From NCBI RefSeq assembly GCF_009914755.1, contig NC_060927.1: DNA of 64,000 nucleotides. One strand, given 5' to 3'. Below, piece by piece: positions 26,640 to 38,045 of the stretch; position 1 is the first letter of the stretch; each line of letters starts with the position of its first letter. Below the pieces are notes generated by a model. The model did no database searches. It saw nothing but the letters and a program-made list of their open reading frames with translations, and was not told where the DNA came from. A program made the position numbers and the translations under genes. The stretch is from the human T2T-CHM13v2.0 reference genome, Homo sapiens.

Positions 26640-29600
26640 ACTTACTCTTAAAACACACGCGCGCACGCGAGCGCGCTCGCACACACACACACTGGCGTGC
26701 GCGCGCTTTTTTAAGGGGCCTATAGACTCCATTTCGGCTGCAGGTTAAAGTCATCCCAGGAAGGAGAAAGGAAAATTGAATTCCACCTTCTTCTGATTTA
26801 GAAAGCTAGATTGGTTGAGGATCGGGATCAGGGACCACAACTCAACCCCGAAACTTTGGGCTTCCAGAACTGCAGGGGAAACTGATTCTGAGATCAGACA
26901 ACGGACCCTGGGGCGGGAGGGGGGTACCTTATTCATAACCCTCCCTCACAATAGCGGAGCACAGTACTCAGCACCCAGTAAACACTCATTTGTCGAATTG
27001 ATTTTAAGCCTCCGCTTTTCCCCCAAGGAGGGCAATCAATCCCTTGCACGTTTTGCTCCTTTCACCAGCTTAATTCAGCTCTGATCTCAGTAGTTAGAAA
27101 AATAGGAGAAAGAATGGGGCCATAGCCTGCTGCAAGTAGAGCTGTGTAAGGGGGTGCGAGGAAGGCAGGCGAGAGCAGCAGAGGGAGTTAATACTCCTAC
27201 CTCAGCTGGTCTCCGGCAGCCAACGCTCAGCCCCCGCCTCCTCTCTCCATTCCGGACCCCGCAACCGCGAGGCGAGAGAGCAGCGCCGGCGAGGCACTGG
27301 CTGGGCTCTGACTGTCACGTTAATTCCCTGCTGCTTTTTCTAGTCCCCAGCCGCCTCGCCCCTCCTCCCTCATTCCCAGCCTGGGTTTGGAGGCGATTTC
27401 CCTCTATTGACTGAGCCGACTGCATCTCTGGGCAAGCGGCGCTTTGCCTCTCTCCTGTCTTTGTCTGCTCTTCCTGCAAGGCTACGGCGCCTGGAGCAGG
27501 GTCTGCAGCGGCCGCCGCAGCAACGCGAGCCAAGTCGTGCCCCGCACGGCCGCCCGGGGCCGCACCCTCGCTCGGTGGCGGCGCCCGAAGACGCCAGCCG
27601 CGCCACGCACTGCCTGCGTCCCGCGCCCCAGCCGCCGCGCACCAACGCCGCCGCCTTCGCCGGGAGCCAAGCCCGCCGGGCCGGCCCGGTCCCAGGTGGG
27701 CAGCTCGGCTTGCAGCTGGTTGGAGGTGGCGGCCGCTGCAGCCCTGGCAGCGGGCACACCCCTAAGCATACGCACCCAACGCCTCCTCCCTGAGCCACGA
27801 GGATGGAGCAGCCACCCCGGCCCGGGACTGGCGCAAGGTAAGGTGCAGCCGCCTGTTGCTTTTCGCAGAGCGCGGGATCATCCCTCTGCCCGGGTACCTA
27901 GGCCGTCCCTCCAAGGAACAAGTAGAGGAGAACTATTACACCAGTTCTAAGCCGTGCCTGTCTAAGCCTCCCTGATCCCTTTTGCGCAGACCCTGGGAGA
28001 GACCTCCTCCTGGAGAGAGAGAGTCGACCCTCTTCGCTCCTGTTCAGCCGGCTGCTATACAATAGTCTGCAAACTTTTGTGACCCCTTCCCTGCGCGGTG
28101 CTCACCCCGTGCTGTGCAACTTGCAGGTTTAGTTCTTGCCCTTCCCCCAGCCCCTCTTGCCATATGCATCTGCCCATTTCTCTCTGTGTGTTCTTGCCAG
28201 TCGACTTTTCACTCCCCGCAGCTCTGGCTCCTGAGGCGAGGGTTTGGGACCCAGCAGTGCTCGTCCTGCCTCTAGGAGCTGGGTAGGGACAGAGAAGGTG
28301 AAATAAGAGAGGTGGGACATGGAGGATGGCTGCGGCCACCCCTGAAGCTTCGTCCAGCGCGATGGGAGTCAGTCCATCCTTGCACACGCCACCCCCAACT
28401 CGGCAATGAAACCTTTGGAGTGGCTTGCGGCTGTGCGCCGTGGGAACTGCAAGTGCAGATATGGGTGGGTGAAGTAAGTGGCTCAGGGAGGGAAAGGCTG
28501 CTCGTGCGGTGGAGGAGGAAGCTGAGGGTCGGGTAGATCTGCCCACGGTTGAGGGAAATGAAAAGGTACTGCTAATGTGGGCGAGCGGCCAGCCCTGAGA
28601 GGCCATCTGACGAAGAGGAAAAGGGATTTGAGTCCGGAGGGCGCTGGCCTGGGTATGTAAATACAGATGGGGGAGGGGCTGGGTACCTGGGGGCGCGTGG
28701 AGACAAGGAATGGAGCCCCGGAATGCCGGGCCCTTGGGTACTTGGGAAGGCAGGCTGCTGAGTGCCTGGGATGGGGCGATCTTCCTCCCCAGAAGCAAAC
28801 AAACCTCCCCGCGAGAATCTGAATGCGTTGGCATCTTGGGTGGTGACTGAATGGTCAGATCGTGGACTAGGGATGCTTCTCCAAGCTCTAAGAGGACCAT
28901 AGTCTGCTCTCTTCTCTGGCACCCGCTTGCTTCTACGCTCCTTCACCTCTGCAGCCAGGTCGGTAGACCCACGCCCACCTTCCCTGCCAGGCACTCAGGA
29001 GTCAAGGATGTTTCCACAGCCGCAGTGTAGGAAGGGGACTCCTGCCTCCCAGGGGGAGACGTGTGTGCGGGGTAGAGGGGAGTCCCCAGCGCGCGGCGAG
29101 TAAACAGGGGTCCAAAGTGGTTGGAGGAGAGCGCAGGAGCGGAGGCTGCGGTGGGAGCCACTTTCCCCCGCCCCTCCACAAATCGCACCTGGGCGGAGCG
29201 AGGGAGTGGGGGGAGCCCTGTGCTGCGCCCGGGAGGCTGGGGAGCGCAGAGCTGGAGGGCGTGCAGGGAAACGCAGAGCTAGGAGGTGTGGGCCTCGGGT
29301 GAGGGGAGACCCAGCTCTTAGACCTGGGAGCCCAGACAGAGGTGGATCTGCCCACCTTGCAGCTCCCAGGTAGATTCTTCTTGTGGCTCCAGATGCTCTG
29401 GCGAATGCAGGAGGGGGAGGCTCTTTTCTCCTTTGCACCCCAGCAATCTGGAGTGCAAGACCGTTTGCGGGAGGGGGCTTAGTCGGCTGTTTCGAAGAGG
29501 CAGCCTCCCCTCCCTTTTATCCATCAAGCCCCCTATTTCCTGGTGGGGGCACAGTGACTGCCAAGGCCAGTAAGCACCTCACTTAACCCTTCTCTCCCTG

Positions 29601-30100
29601 AGGAGGTGCATGCTCCTCTCCCAGAGGTGCCTTTGGCTGAGAGTGGATCCCTGGTTCCTAGTAGCCCTATAGGGAAACATTTGGAGGTTGGGTGGGTTTG
29701 GAACCCTGTACAACCTTTAGGTCCTCCCTGTTCAGACCTTCCACGTGCAGGCTTTTCTTACTTTCTCCGCGGGTGCCCTACAGAGGACTCCTGCTGCCTT
29801 GTACCAGTTGGGAAAAAGCAAAATTCAGAGCAGTTCCTTTTTCTGGGTCCCTCGCCTTGGCCACATCGGAGGAAACGTCGACTCGCCAGGGCTCCCGGGA
29901 GAAATCCCGAGGTCAGTCCCTCCCATTCTGGGGCACCCCTGGAGCAGCTAGCTCCCTGCCTAGCGGTGGCAAACTCCAGAGCCCCAAGGAGCAGAACGGG
30001 GATTCCCTGTGCGCAGGCTCCTGGTGCAGCTCCTGAGCACAAAGGCCACACCCTCACAGACCAGGCCTGGTGAGAGAGCCGGGCTTCTTCAGAAGTACCT
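26640..30100. promoter_or_regulatory. LRRC3B: CpG-island promoter region (dense core ~27150-27960, further CpG clusters ~28330-29300 and ~29870-30080)
   Basis: Abrupt rise in GC and CpG (GCGGCCGC twice, many CGCG), GC box GGGGCGGGAG at 26910-26919, no interspersed repeats, first-exon donor inside. The gene name is from recall. Confidence 0.85.
27400..27837 (+). other. LRRC3B: First (5'UTR) exon of LRRC3B; 5' boundary approximate
   Basis: Strong donor AAG|GTAAGG at 27837/27838 within the CpG island; the exon end GCCCGGGACTGGCGCAAG matches my recollection of the LRRC3B cDNA 5'UTR. The LRR CDS is not in this window. Confidence 0.8.
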
Positions 30101-30369
30101 GGATACCTGAGGTAGGATCCTAGACTTGAAACTCGCACTCCACGAGATTTAGCTCTGACCCCCCCAAGGCTCATTTCTTTCTGGGTGCTTATCTATCGCC
30201 TGAATTTGCGCTCTGGCCACTTCTTTTTGCATGTAGAAACAAATTAGACCATGTTCCTTGGCAACTTGAGGAAAGACTCCAAATCCACACCAAGGTGGAT
30301 TTATTTCAGGTTGCTGAACTGTTCTGGGGAGACAAATAGTAATGTAACAATCAGTGCTAGCTAGCAGTT

Positions 30370-30615
30370 GTGGAGTTCTTACTATGTGCCAGACACTATC
30401 TTTGATGTTGTGTGTGTTTGTGTTAGATTTAACCCTCACAACAACCCTGAAAAATGGGTAGAGTTATTTATCTCATGTTATAGATGGAGAAACCCAGTAT
30501 TGAAGAATTCAAGTTATTTGCTTATTGACATTCAGCCAGGAAATGGTGGGGCTGAGTGGTCTGGTGATCAGAGAACACTGAGTGTGTCCCATACTCCCAG
30601 CCCTATTTGGTACTA
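30370..30615 (-). mobile_element. MIR SINE
   Basis: cttactatgtgccagacact...tttaaccctcacaacaaccctga...tagatggagaaacc. Confidence 0.75.
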
Positions 30616-32031
30616 AAAACCATTTGTCTGGAAGGAAGCATGAGTGAGGCCCCTCACCCTTTACTCCAAACTGCAGCGGCGTACTATAAGTGCCAGTCCT
30701 GGCCTGTGAGCCCCTGTGACTAGAGTATTAGGGAGACTGATGTTACATATCGCCTGTCTCAAAGTTTGTTGGGGTACACCTTGGTATAGTGGAATACTAG
30801 TAGAGGAAATCGATTTGGAGAACTGGCTACTGGTAATGGACTTCTCTTCTGAACCTTTTGTAGACATTCCCTTTTTAAATAGGAAGGTAAATGGAAGGAG
30901 GGATCCAAATATGAACAGAGATTTGCTCTGTAGTCAAAAACTAGAGGCAGTTTTATGTAGCAGTTGTATTCTGCAAATGAAAGCCTCTCTCTGAATTGAG
31001 TCACATAATTAGTTAGAGCTAAGAGGGATCTCAGATATTATCCCACCCAATCCAGACTCAGGGAGGAGATTCAATGCTGAGCTCAAGGCCATTTGGTGCA
31101 TTTGTAGCATAACTAATGCTGGAACCACTGCCTTTTGACCCTTGCTCAAATATGGTACCATTATACATAAATAAATTATGCTCACTCCTGCTGTTTTTTT
31201 AACATCTTAAAATTAATTAGGAAAAGGCTTTTTATTTTTAAAAAGACTGTTTTGCTTATTTTCGTATAAATGCTTCTCAATCAGCATAACCAGAAAAACT
31301 CTATATCATATATAATGAATAAGCTACCACAAATGTGACTCTTTTTGCAAAAATAAAACATTGCAGAATATTTGTAAGCCTTCAAATCAACAAAAATTAA
31401 CTATGCAAACCTCTGGATGATTCTAAATAAGATTAAATGATTTCTAATGATTTTAGCAGTCTTCTGTTAGATTGAGTTGCTTCATCCTTCTGCACTCCCA
31501 GGTATTTGTGAAAATAACAGGGAATTTTTCCTATCACAGGAAACATTCTTTTGAATACAGTGGCATAAATTCTTGGATTTCTCCTGGATTCTTGACTTTT
31601 CATTAAAGTTTATGCTGATGTAAAGCTGAGGCAAAACAATATATTTCTGTACTTGGGGCTCAGAAAGAGGAAAAATAGTTCTTTGTCACTTCCGATAATA
31701 TTTGCCACTTCCTCGCCTACCTGGCCCCTTCAACAAAGGGGACTTTCTGCAGTCACTTGAGGATTTCATATACCTTTAAGCGTTTTTGTGGGACAAAGTT
31801 CTAGTTTCCAAGAACACCTCATGTCTTTTCTCTGTAGCTGTAGTACCAGGATGTCCTCCCCTTGGAGACAAACCAACAAAAAGTCAGCCAGGGTAAACAG
31901 GGAGGAGGGATAGAAGAATCCTGTTTTTCAGAATCAGATCAGCGGGGCAAGAGTCATAGACAGATAGTGGAAACCTGGTGCCTTTTAGGTCACCTGGAAT
32001 AGGATTTCCATCTCTAATGCTGTGGCACACT

Positions 32032-32077
32032 AGGACCTAGGCCATCCTATAGTGAGGACCTAGGCCATCCTATAGTG
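32032..32077. repeat. Perfect 23-bp tandem duplication
   Basis: aggacctaggccatcctatagtg x2. Confidence 0.95.
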
Positions 32078-33749
32078 GAGGAAGAAAAGAAGAGAGTGAG
32101 GCAACAATATTGTCAGAGGAGGGATGAGGTGGAGGAAGATGGAGGTGAGGCTTGGCTGCTGAGGCACCCAAGTGTGACCAAAATGCCCACAGAGAGCCAA
32201 CGTGCACTAAGAGCTGCTCCTCCTCTTCCTTTTTTTCCTACCCTCGACCTCAGTCTGCGTTTTGTGTCAGGTTGACTGTTCTGAATCCCCAAGACCCCAG
32301 TTATCTCAAGGAGAAGCATTCATTTTCCGGAGAATTCATTAGAAGTCAATTTTGTTTTTATGCAAGTAGGAAAAACTTGCACAGCTGCCCCACTCTTCAG
32401 GAAGAGCCATTCAAAACCAGATCATCCAGAAGGGTGACCTTCTGGAGGTGGGGATACCGGCTTAGTTGAGTTGCAGCAGTGTTAAAGAAAAGAGACATAA
32501 CACTGAAGTTAAGTGTGACAATATCCAAAAGAAATGGTCTATGTCCTAGGAACCACAGGAAGGGGAATCCTTTGGAACCTGGGCAGACATTCTGGTTTCC
32601 AATTCCCAGTTTATTCAGGGGAGCTCTATCCTCATCTTACTTATGTGGTCCAATCCCCTCTACTTATTTTACTGTGGCTGCTAGGTGGTGCAATATCAAA
32701 AGTCCCACATGACACGTCTGCTGGGGAGATTCTTTGGGGTGTACCTTTATCTTAAATCATATAAATATGAGTTCATTGACATTTAGAATAACAATTATTA
32801 TTAAGCAATATGCTCTAAGACAAAGGATATGGAAAAATAAAAACTTTTATTCAGAACACAATGAATAGATATGTTTATACAATACATAGTATGAGTTAAA
32901 AGTCTTGGGTAAGATATTTGAAAAAAAATAATCAAGATTCGGAATATCTGATCTTGATTAATTTTAATAGCAAGAGAAGCTAAATAATAAGGTTCTGTAG
33001 AAAGAGTTTGAAGAAGATACTGGAAAAAAAAAAAAAAAAGCTCAGAGTAGGACCTGAGAAGCTTTACCCTTATTGATTTTATTTAAAAAAATATAAAATA
33101 TCTTAATCTATATTTAGATTTGAATAATCCATAAGATTAATAAATTTTGTATTCATTTTATTATCTGAAGATTGTGACTTTGATGAACTTTATTTGATAA
33201 ATGGTTTGGAGCCATGATGGAAGCTCTGAGATGTTAGTATATATCTACATATACTTTATAAAAACTTAGTGAATTAATACATCTCAACATGATAATGACA
33301 TATGAAATGGCCATTTCATATGAGAATGAAATCTGGAATCTTCTCAAAAGCTGATAGGCTTGAACATACTATTTCTCCACCACAGGTGGTAAGTTAATAG
33401 TAAGGGCCATTTAGTTCTTTCAAAATAGATAAATGAGTAAATACTAAAAAAAAAAAAAAAAAATCCTCCACAAATAAAAACAGATTTTATTCTTTAGGAG
33501 GATAAATGAACAGATTAGGAAAGGTTATGAAATTTACAGTTTCATTTGATCCTAAGCTCTCTAAGCTACCTTTTATGTTAATACTTGTCCAGTGCAAATG
33601 TCACTACCTTTTCAGACAGTTTAAAAAATGCTTTAGGTGCCTTTTATTAGAAATAAAATGGAAACAAATATTATTTAAAAATGTGAAGCTATTCTCAACC
33701 ATGGAGTAATATTTGACAAAGTGGTAAGTATGTTTTCAAATACAGATTA

Positions 33750-33880
33750 GTTTCCTTTTATTCTCTTTTCCTCCTCTACCCCTCCCCCTCCCTCCCTGCG
33801 TCCTTCCTTCCTTCCCTCCCTCACTCCCTCCCACTCTTCCTCCCTTCCTTCCTTTCTTCCTTTCTTCCCTTCTTCCTTCC
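33750..33880. repeat. CT-rich low-complexity tract (CCTT/CCCT)
   Basis: Near-pure pyrimidine run. Confidence 0.85.
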
Positions 33881-34889
33881 AATTTTAGGTCATTGATAGA
33901 AGAAGTATTCAGTAACTTACTGGGAGAGACTGCTATAATATTTCAGGACAAATACGTCCTCTGGCGAGGACAGTGCTGAAGGCACAGTGCATAGTTCTCT
34001 AAAGCTAAAGCACAAAGGTCATGAGGTCTCATGGCTTTCCCCTGAGTCTTCTAACCTGAGCTCTGATTTGGAGAAATAATCATTGTATAGGCCTGCTACA
34101 GAGGGCTCCCCCTGTTAGCGGTGACTAAGCAGTATGCTTTCCCTATGCTGCACTGGGAATTTATACACTGAGAAGAGTCCTGGTCCAGGCTGCTGATCTT
34201 CTCTAGATGTCTGGCCATCAGGGATTATTAAGTGGAATACTTTTCACCCTTTCCACAATTATATTTAAGCTTAGGGTTTCAAAGTTTTTATTTTCCTGCT
34301 GCTATGTGTTGTGTGGTTTTTTATTGGGGTGGCTAGTTTGTTATTTTAACTGTGGCTCAGAAACAGTGTCTGTTAGTAAACTGAAAATGATTCCCAAAGG
34401 GAAGATGTACTGTGGACTGTTGATACCCAATGTTTCTGCTACAAAACCTGTGAAAGGGGTATGGTGTGTGGCCAGCCAAGTCAGGAGGGCCAAGCAATTG
34501 GCAGCAGACAACAGCAGAGAAAGGTGGGAAAGGTGGGGGCAGGAGAGAAAGAGGTGTAAGAGAAGCATGGCAAAAAAAAAAAAAAAAAAAATCTATCCAA
34601 AGGAAGAGAACCCAATACTTAGCACAGTAAGACTAAGAGATATCTGATAGTAAACCTAAACCAAAGGATAAGGGGAAAAAAAAATCCCATAAGAATAAGA
34701 GAAGACAAAAAAAAGAGAATGGGAGTAATAAAGACTGAAAGAAGAGGGCTTATAAGGAAGAGGAATGTACTAAATAATACCTCATAGCATAGATCAGTTC
34801 AAAGGCAGCCTAGCTCCCCAGCCAGAGGGCAAGGTCTCTTTCTCACATATCAGAGTGCCACATTAATGTGGCTTTATCAATCTCCAGGC

Positions 34890-35410
34890 CAAGGTCTTCT
34901 ACTCTGATTTACTCCATAGTGCCCTTTGACAGTCTGACAAAGCCTGCGGGCCCTGGAATGGTGTTTAAATGCATAAAATATAATACATAAGATTATAGCA
35001 CAAACCAATTTTATTGAAATATCTGTTTATCGACTTATAAAAGAAACCACTGTTACTAATATATGTGCCTCTTACATAATAATGCCTCTATAACAAGATC
35101 TTGTAGTGGGACTAGTGGCTACTATTGTTTCGAAGTAGGAATGGGCATAAATGCTACTATGAGATAACTGTGGCAGCTGTATTGTGATATGAAAATATTT
35201 ATATTGGTGACATAATCACTAGTATGGCTACTATTGAGGTTTATGGCCTGTGTTCAAATGGGAATGAGATGGTACATTGCCATTTAAGCTTCACAAACAA
35301 AGTTGCGACTTTTTTTTCCATGCAAGTTCATGGATGCCTTGAATTCTATTGGTGGATGCCTTGAATTCTATTGGTAGATGCCTTGGAGGTCTCTAAGCCC
35401 AAGAACTGCA
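34890..35410. mobile_element. hAT Charlie2-like fragment
   Basis: ccctttgacagtctgacaaagcct...tttaaatgcataaaatataatacataagatta; homologous to 42251-43114. Confidence 0.65.
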
Positions 35411-36970
35411 GACAATGGTAACCATAAAATTTATCATTTCCCACTGGGACACTTTGGAGAATGAAAGGGCTCTCAGTTGTTTTTCCAAGACAGTAGGTAT
35501 AAATCAGGACAGGCCCGGGCAAATGGTAATACAGCTGCTTTAGCTCTCTGGGATCTTCTAGCTGTGTTAGCACTTTGGGATCTTCCTCCCCAGACCAGTT
35601 TTCACTTCTCTGGCTCAGGGAATTGGCTTTTTCTGCTCTGTTCTTAGGGATCAAGACTGTGGATACTGGTATTGGAAAGTAGAGAAGACCTTCAGCTGGA
35701 AAAGGATCCTTTATCAGGGCCACAACCAAGATATGGGATGCCTTTGTGAGAAATGAAAAATGTGCCTCCTTGGAGAAGCAATAGCCTCCTGGATCCTGGC
35801 CCGATGAACATTCGCTTGTGTTTTAGCTCCCAGTGGCCCCCTTGGCTAGGTTCACTGTAGCCTTGGCCAATATCACCTGAAATGAGGGTGAATTATCAGA
35901 CTACATTGCATTTCAGCCAAAAGTTTCAACTTCCCCTCCAACAATTTCTCTTAAGTAGACTTGCCAAAATAGTTTTTAAAGATTCACTTCGTTTCCCTTC
36001 CCACTTCCCAGTTATCAGGAAATGGCTTTGGCACAGGCAGGTAGATGGAGAACCATGGGAAAAGGTCAGGATCTGAAGAATTTTTAAAGTAGATAATAAG
36101 GCCCTAAGTGATAAAGAGGGAACTGTGGTCATGGAGTGTTTCCTAAACAGATGGCTCATGTTATCCAGTGTTGGGAGAAGATAACAGAATGTCCCTGTCT
36201 TGGAAATTAGCATGTTTTTGTTTGTTCTATTTGATGAAATAGAACCTGCTTAGTAGAAGAAGAAAACTCTTCTAAGAAAGGCTTTGACCTTGTAGGGGTG
36301 GCAACATCTCAGAAAATGCCCTCTTTTTGTGCACATAGACTATTTGGGAACCAGGCAACCTAGTTCTAGTTCCAGCTTTGACTCTAACCATCTCTGTGGC
36401 ACTGGGCTGGTTACATCAAATGTTCTGGGCTCTACTTCCCCCGTAAGAGGGAAATTAGGAGTTAAATGGTTTCTAAAATCCCTTTCAGTTATATGGGTTT
36501 ATAATGTCAAGGATGTGTCTGACATTGTTTTATTTTTACTCCATATGATGTCTTCTCTGTTTAAGTTGACTCAGACTCATTTCTTTGCTTAGGGCTTCCA
36601 GCCCTTATATGTTACAGATCCAACAATGATAGATGGACACTCTGCAGTCCTGAGGGTCTGTTACATCTGGAGCACTTCTGGGAGCCTACAATAAAAGGAT
36701 GAGGGGGAGTGACACAAAAAGAGCAATAGCTGACTGGTAAAGGGACAAGGTACAAAGGGGTGAAACAATTAATAACTTTTCTTGCAGCAATAATTGCCAT
36801 GCGGGCAAGATGTTGGAAGATGAAGAAGGTTCCTAAGATTTTGACTATGTGCCCATCTTGTGTCCAACTCTTTATAACCATATGATCATATTACTCTCTG
36901 CTAAAAACCTTTAAATCACTCCTGCTTGCATATAAGAGGATTACATCCTTAGTATGGCTTAATAGATCCT

Positions 36971-37397
36971 TGTTTAGCAATGGGCAGGTCTATGCAAACC
37001 TATCTCAAAGTTCAAGGAAGCTGAGAGGCTGAAGAAAGAGGCTGACAAATCTAGTTTATCAGAAAGAAACCTATAATTGGGACTTCTGAACAGAAGCCAT
37101 ATCTGTATCTCGGGCGATGGCGAGACAAGATGGTGGATCCCCGAGCCGTTACCCCCTAGACCCAGGGTTTATATATGGTAGGAAAGGGGTGATTCAGAAA
37201 GGATTTGTAGAACTATTGAAGTAGGGTAACATCAAGTTTGTTTGACCTAAGGGCAGGATTTATAGTAAGTAAGTACCTGTTCTTACACAAGGAACATTAG
37301 ATAAGTGGGAAATCTTAGAGGCCTTCCAGGAACTGAAGTTAATCAGAAGTCAACATGGTGGATTAGCATCCAAGATGGAGTTGCTTTGGCCTCCACA
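36971..37397 (-). mobile_element. ERVL solo LTR (LTR47A-like)
   Basis: TG...CA ends; ...gaagtcaacatggtggattagcatccaagatggagttgctttggcctccaca; TSD atcct/gtcct. Confidence 0.8.
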
Positions 37398-37859
37398 GTC
37401 CTTTGTCACCTGGCTGTTACCTGTCGCTTTACCTGCCATTTTCCTTGGCATACCCTGTGCTCTGGTGTGTTCGAACTGGCCTGTGCTGACGATTGTCCAC
37501 ATTTTTTCTCTCCAACTCTGTGATCAGATATTGTGTTGGCATCATGAAATCAGCCATGGTAGGAGGATTTACACCACTATTTATACTACAAAGCAAGCAT
37601 TTTCCCCTAGAAAGCTGGTTGTAGAGTTTACAAGCATATACCACTGCCCCTGCCCCACCAAAAGACTTGATGTTCCTGCAACAGAAAGCGCTCTTTCACA
37701 TCTGCCTCCACTGCCATTCCCTATTGCTGACAGTTTATCTGTCCTCCCCTCTCTTCTTCCTTTCTCTTCTTCTCTCTCTCTCCCTTTCTTCCATCTAATT
37801 ATTCATCCACCTACCCATCCACCCATTCATCCAAAGGTAGCCCGACTAAGTTCTAATTA

Positions 37860-38045
37860 GTCGGCCATTTAATAGCTGAGTGAGTGACTGTGGGAAATTT
37901 TTCTAACCTTTAGTATGCCTCAGTTTTCTCTATGTGAAATGGGTATAATAATAGGTAGTTGTGAGGCTTAAATGAATTAACATGAACAAGGTGCTTTTTA
38001 ACAGTATCTGGCACATGAGAAGTACTACTTAAGTTATTATTATTA
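37860..38045 (+). mobile_element. MIR SINE
   Basis: gcctcagttttctctatgtgaaatgggtataataata...gttgtgaggcttaaatga...acagtatctggcacat. Confidence 0.8.

Noticed and set aside
26960-26990. tcagcacc resembling the left half of an RE1/REST site
   Set aside because: The right half (GGACAG) is missing.
27154-27950. Overlapping 70-170 aa ORFs over the CpG island core
   Set aside because: Non-ATG starts and R/P/A/G-rich products, as expected from stop-poor GC-rich DNA; no LRR or other domain.
32032-35385. 22-23 bp direct repeats as a possible CRISPR-like array
   Set aside because: Adjacent two-copy duplications with no spacers, in primate DNA; no CRISPR, tRNA or rRNA features seen anywhere in the window.
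37375-37860. 161-aa ORF starting at the edge of the LTR47-like element
   Set aside because: The LTR is oriented the other way; the rest is degenerate repeat and low-complexity sequence with no coding features.
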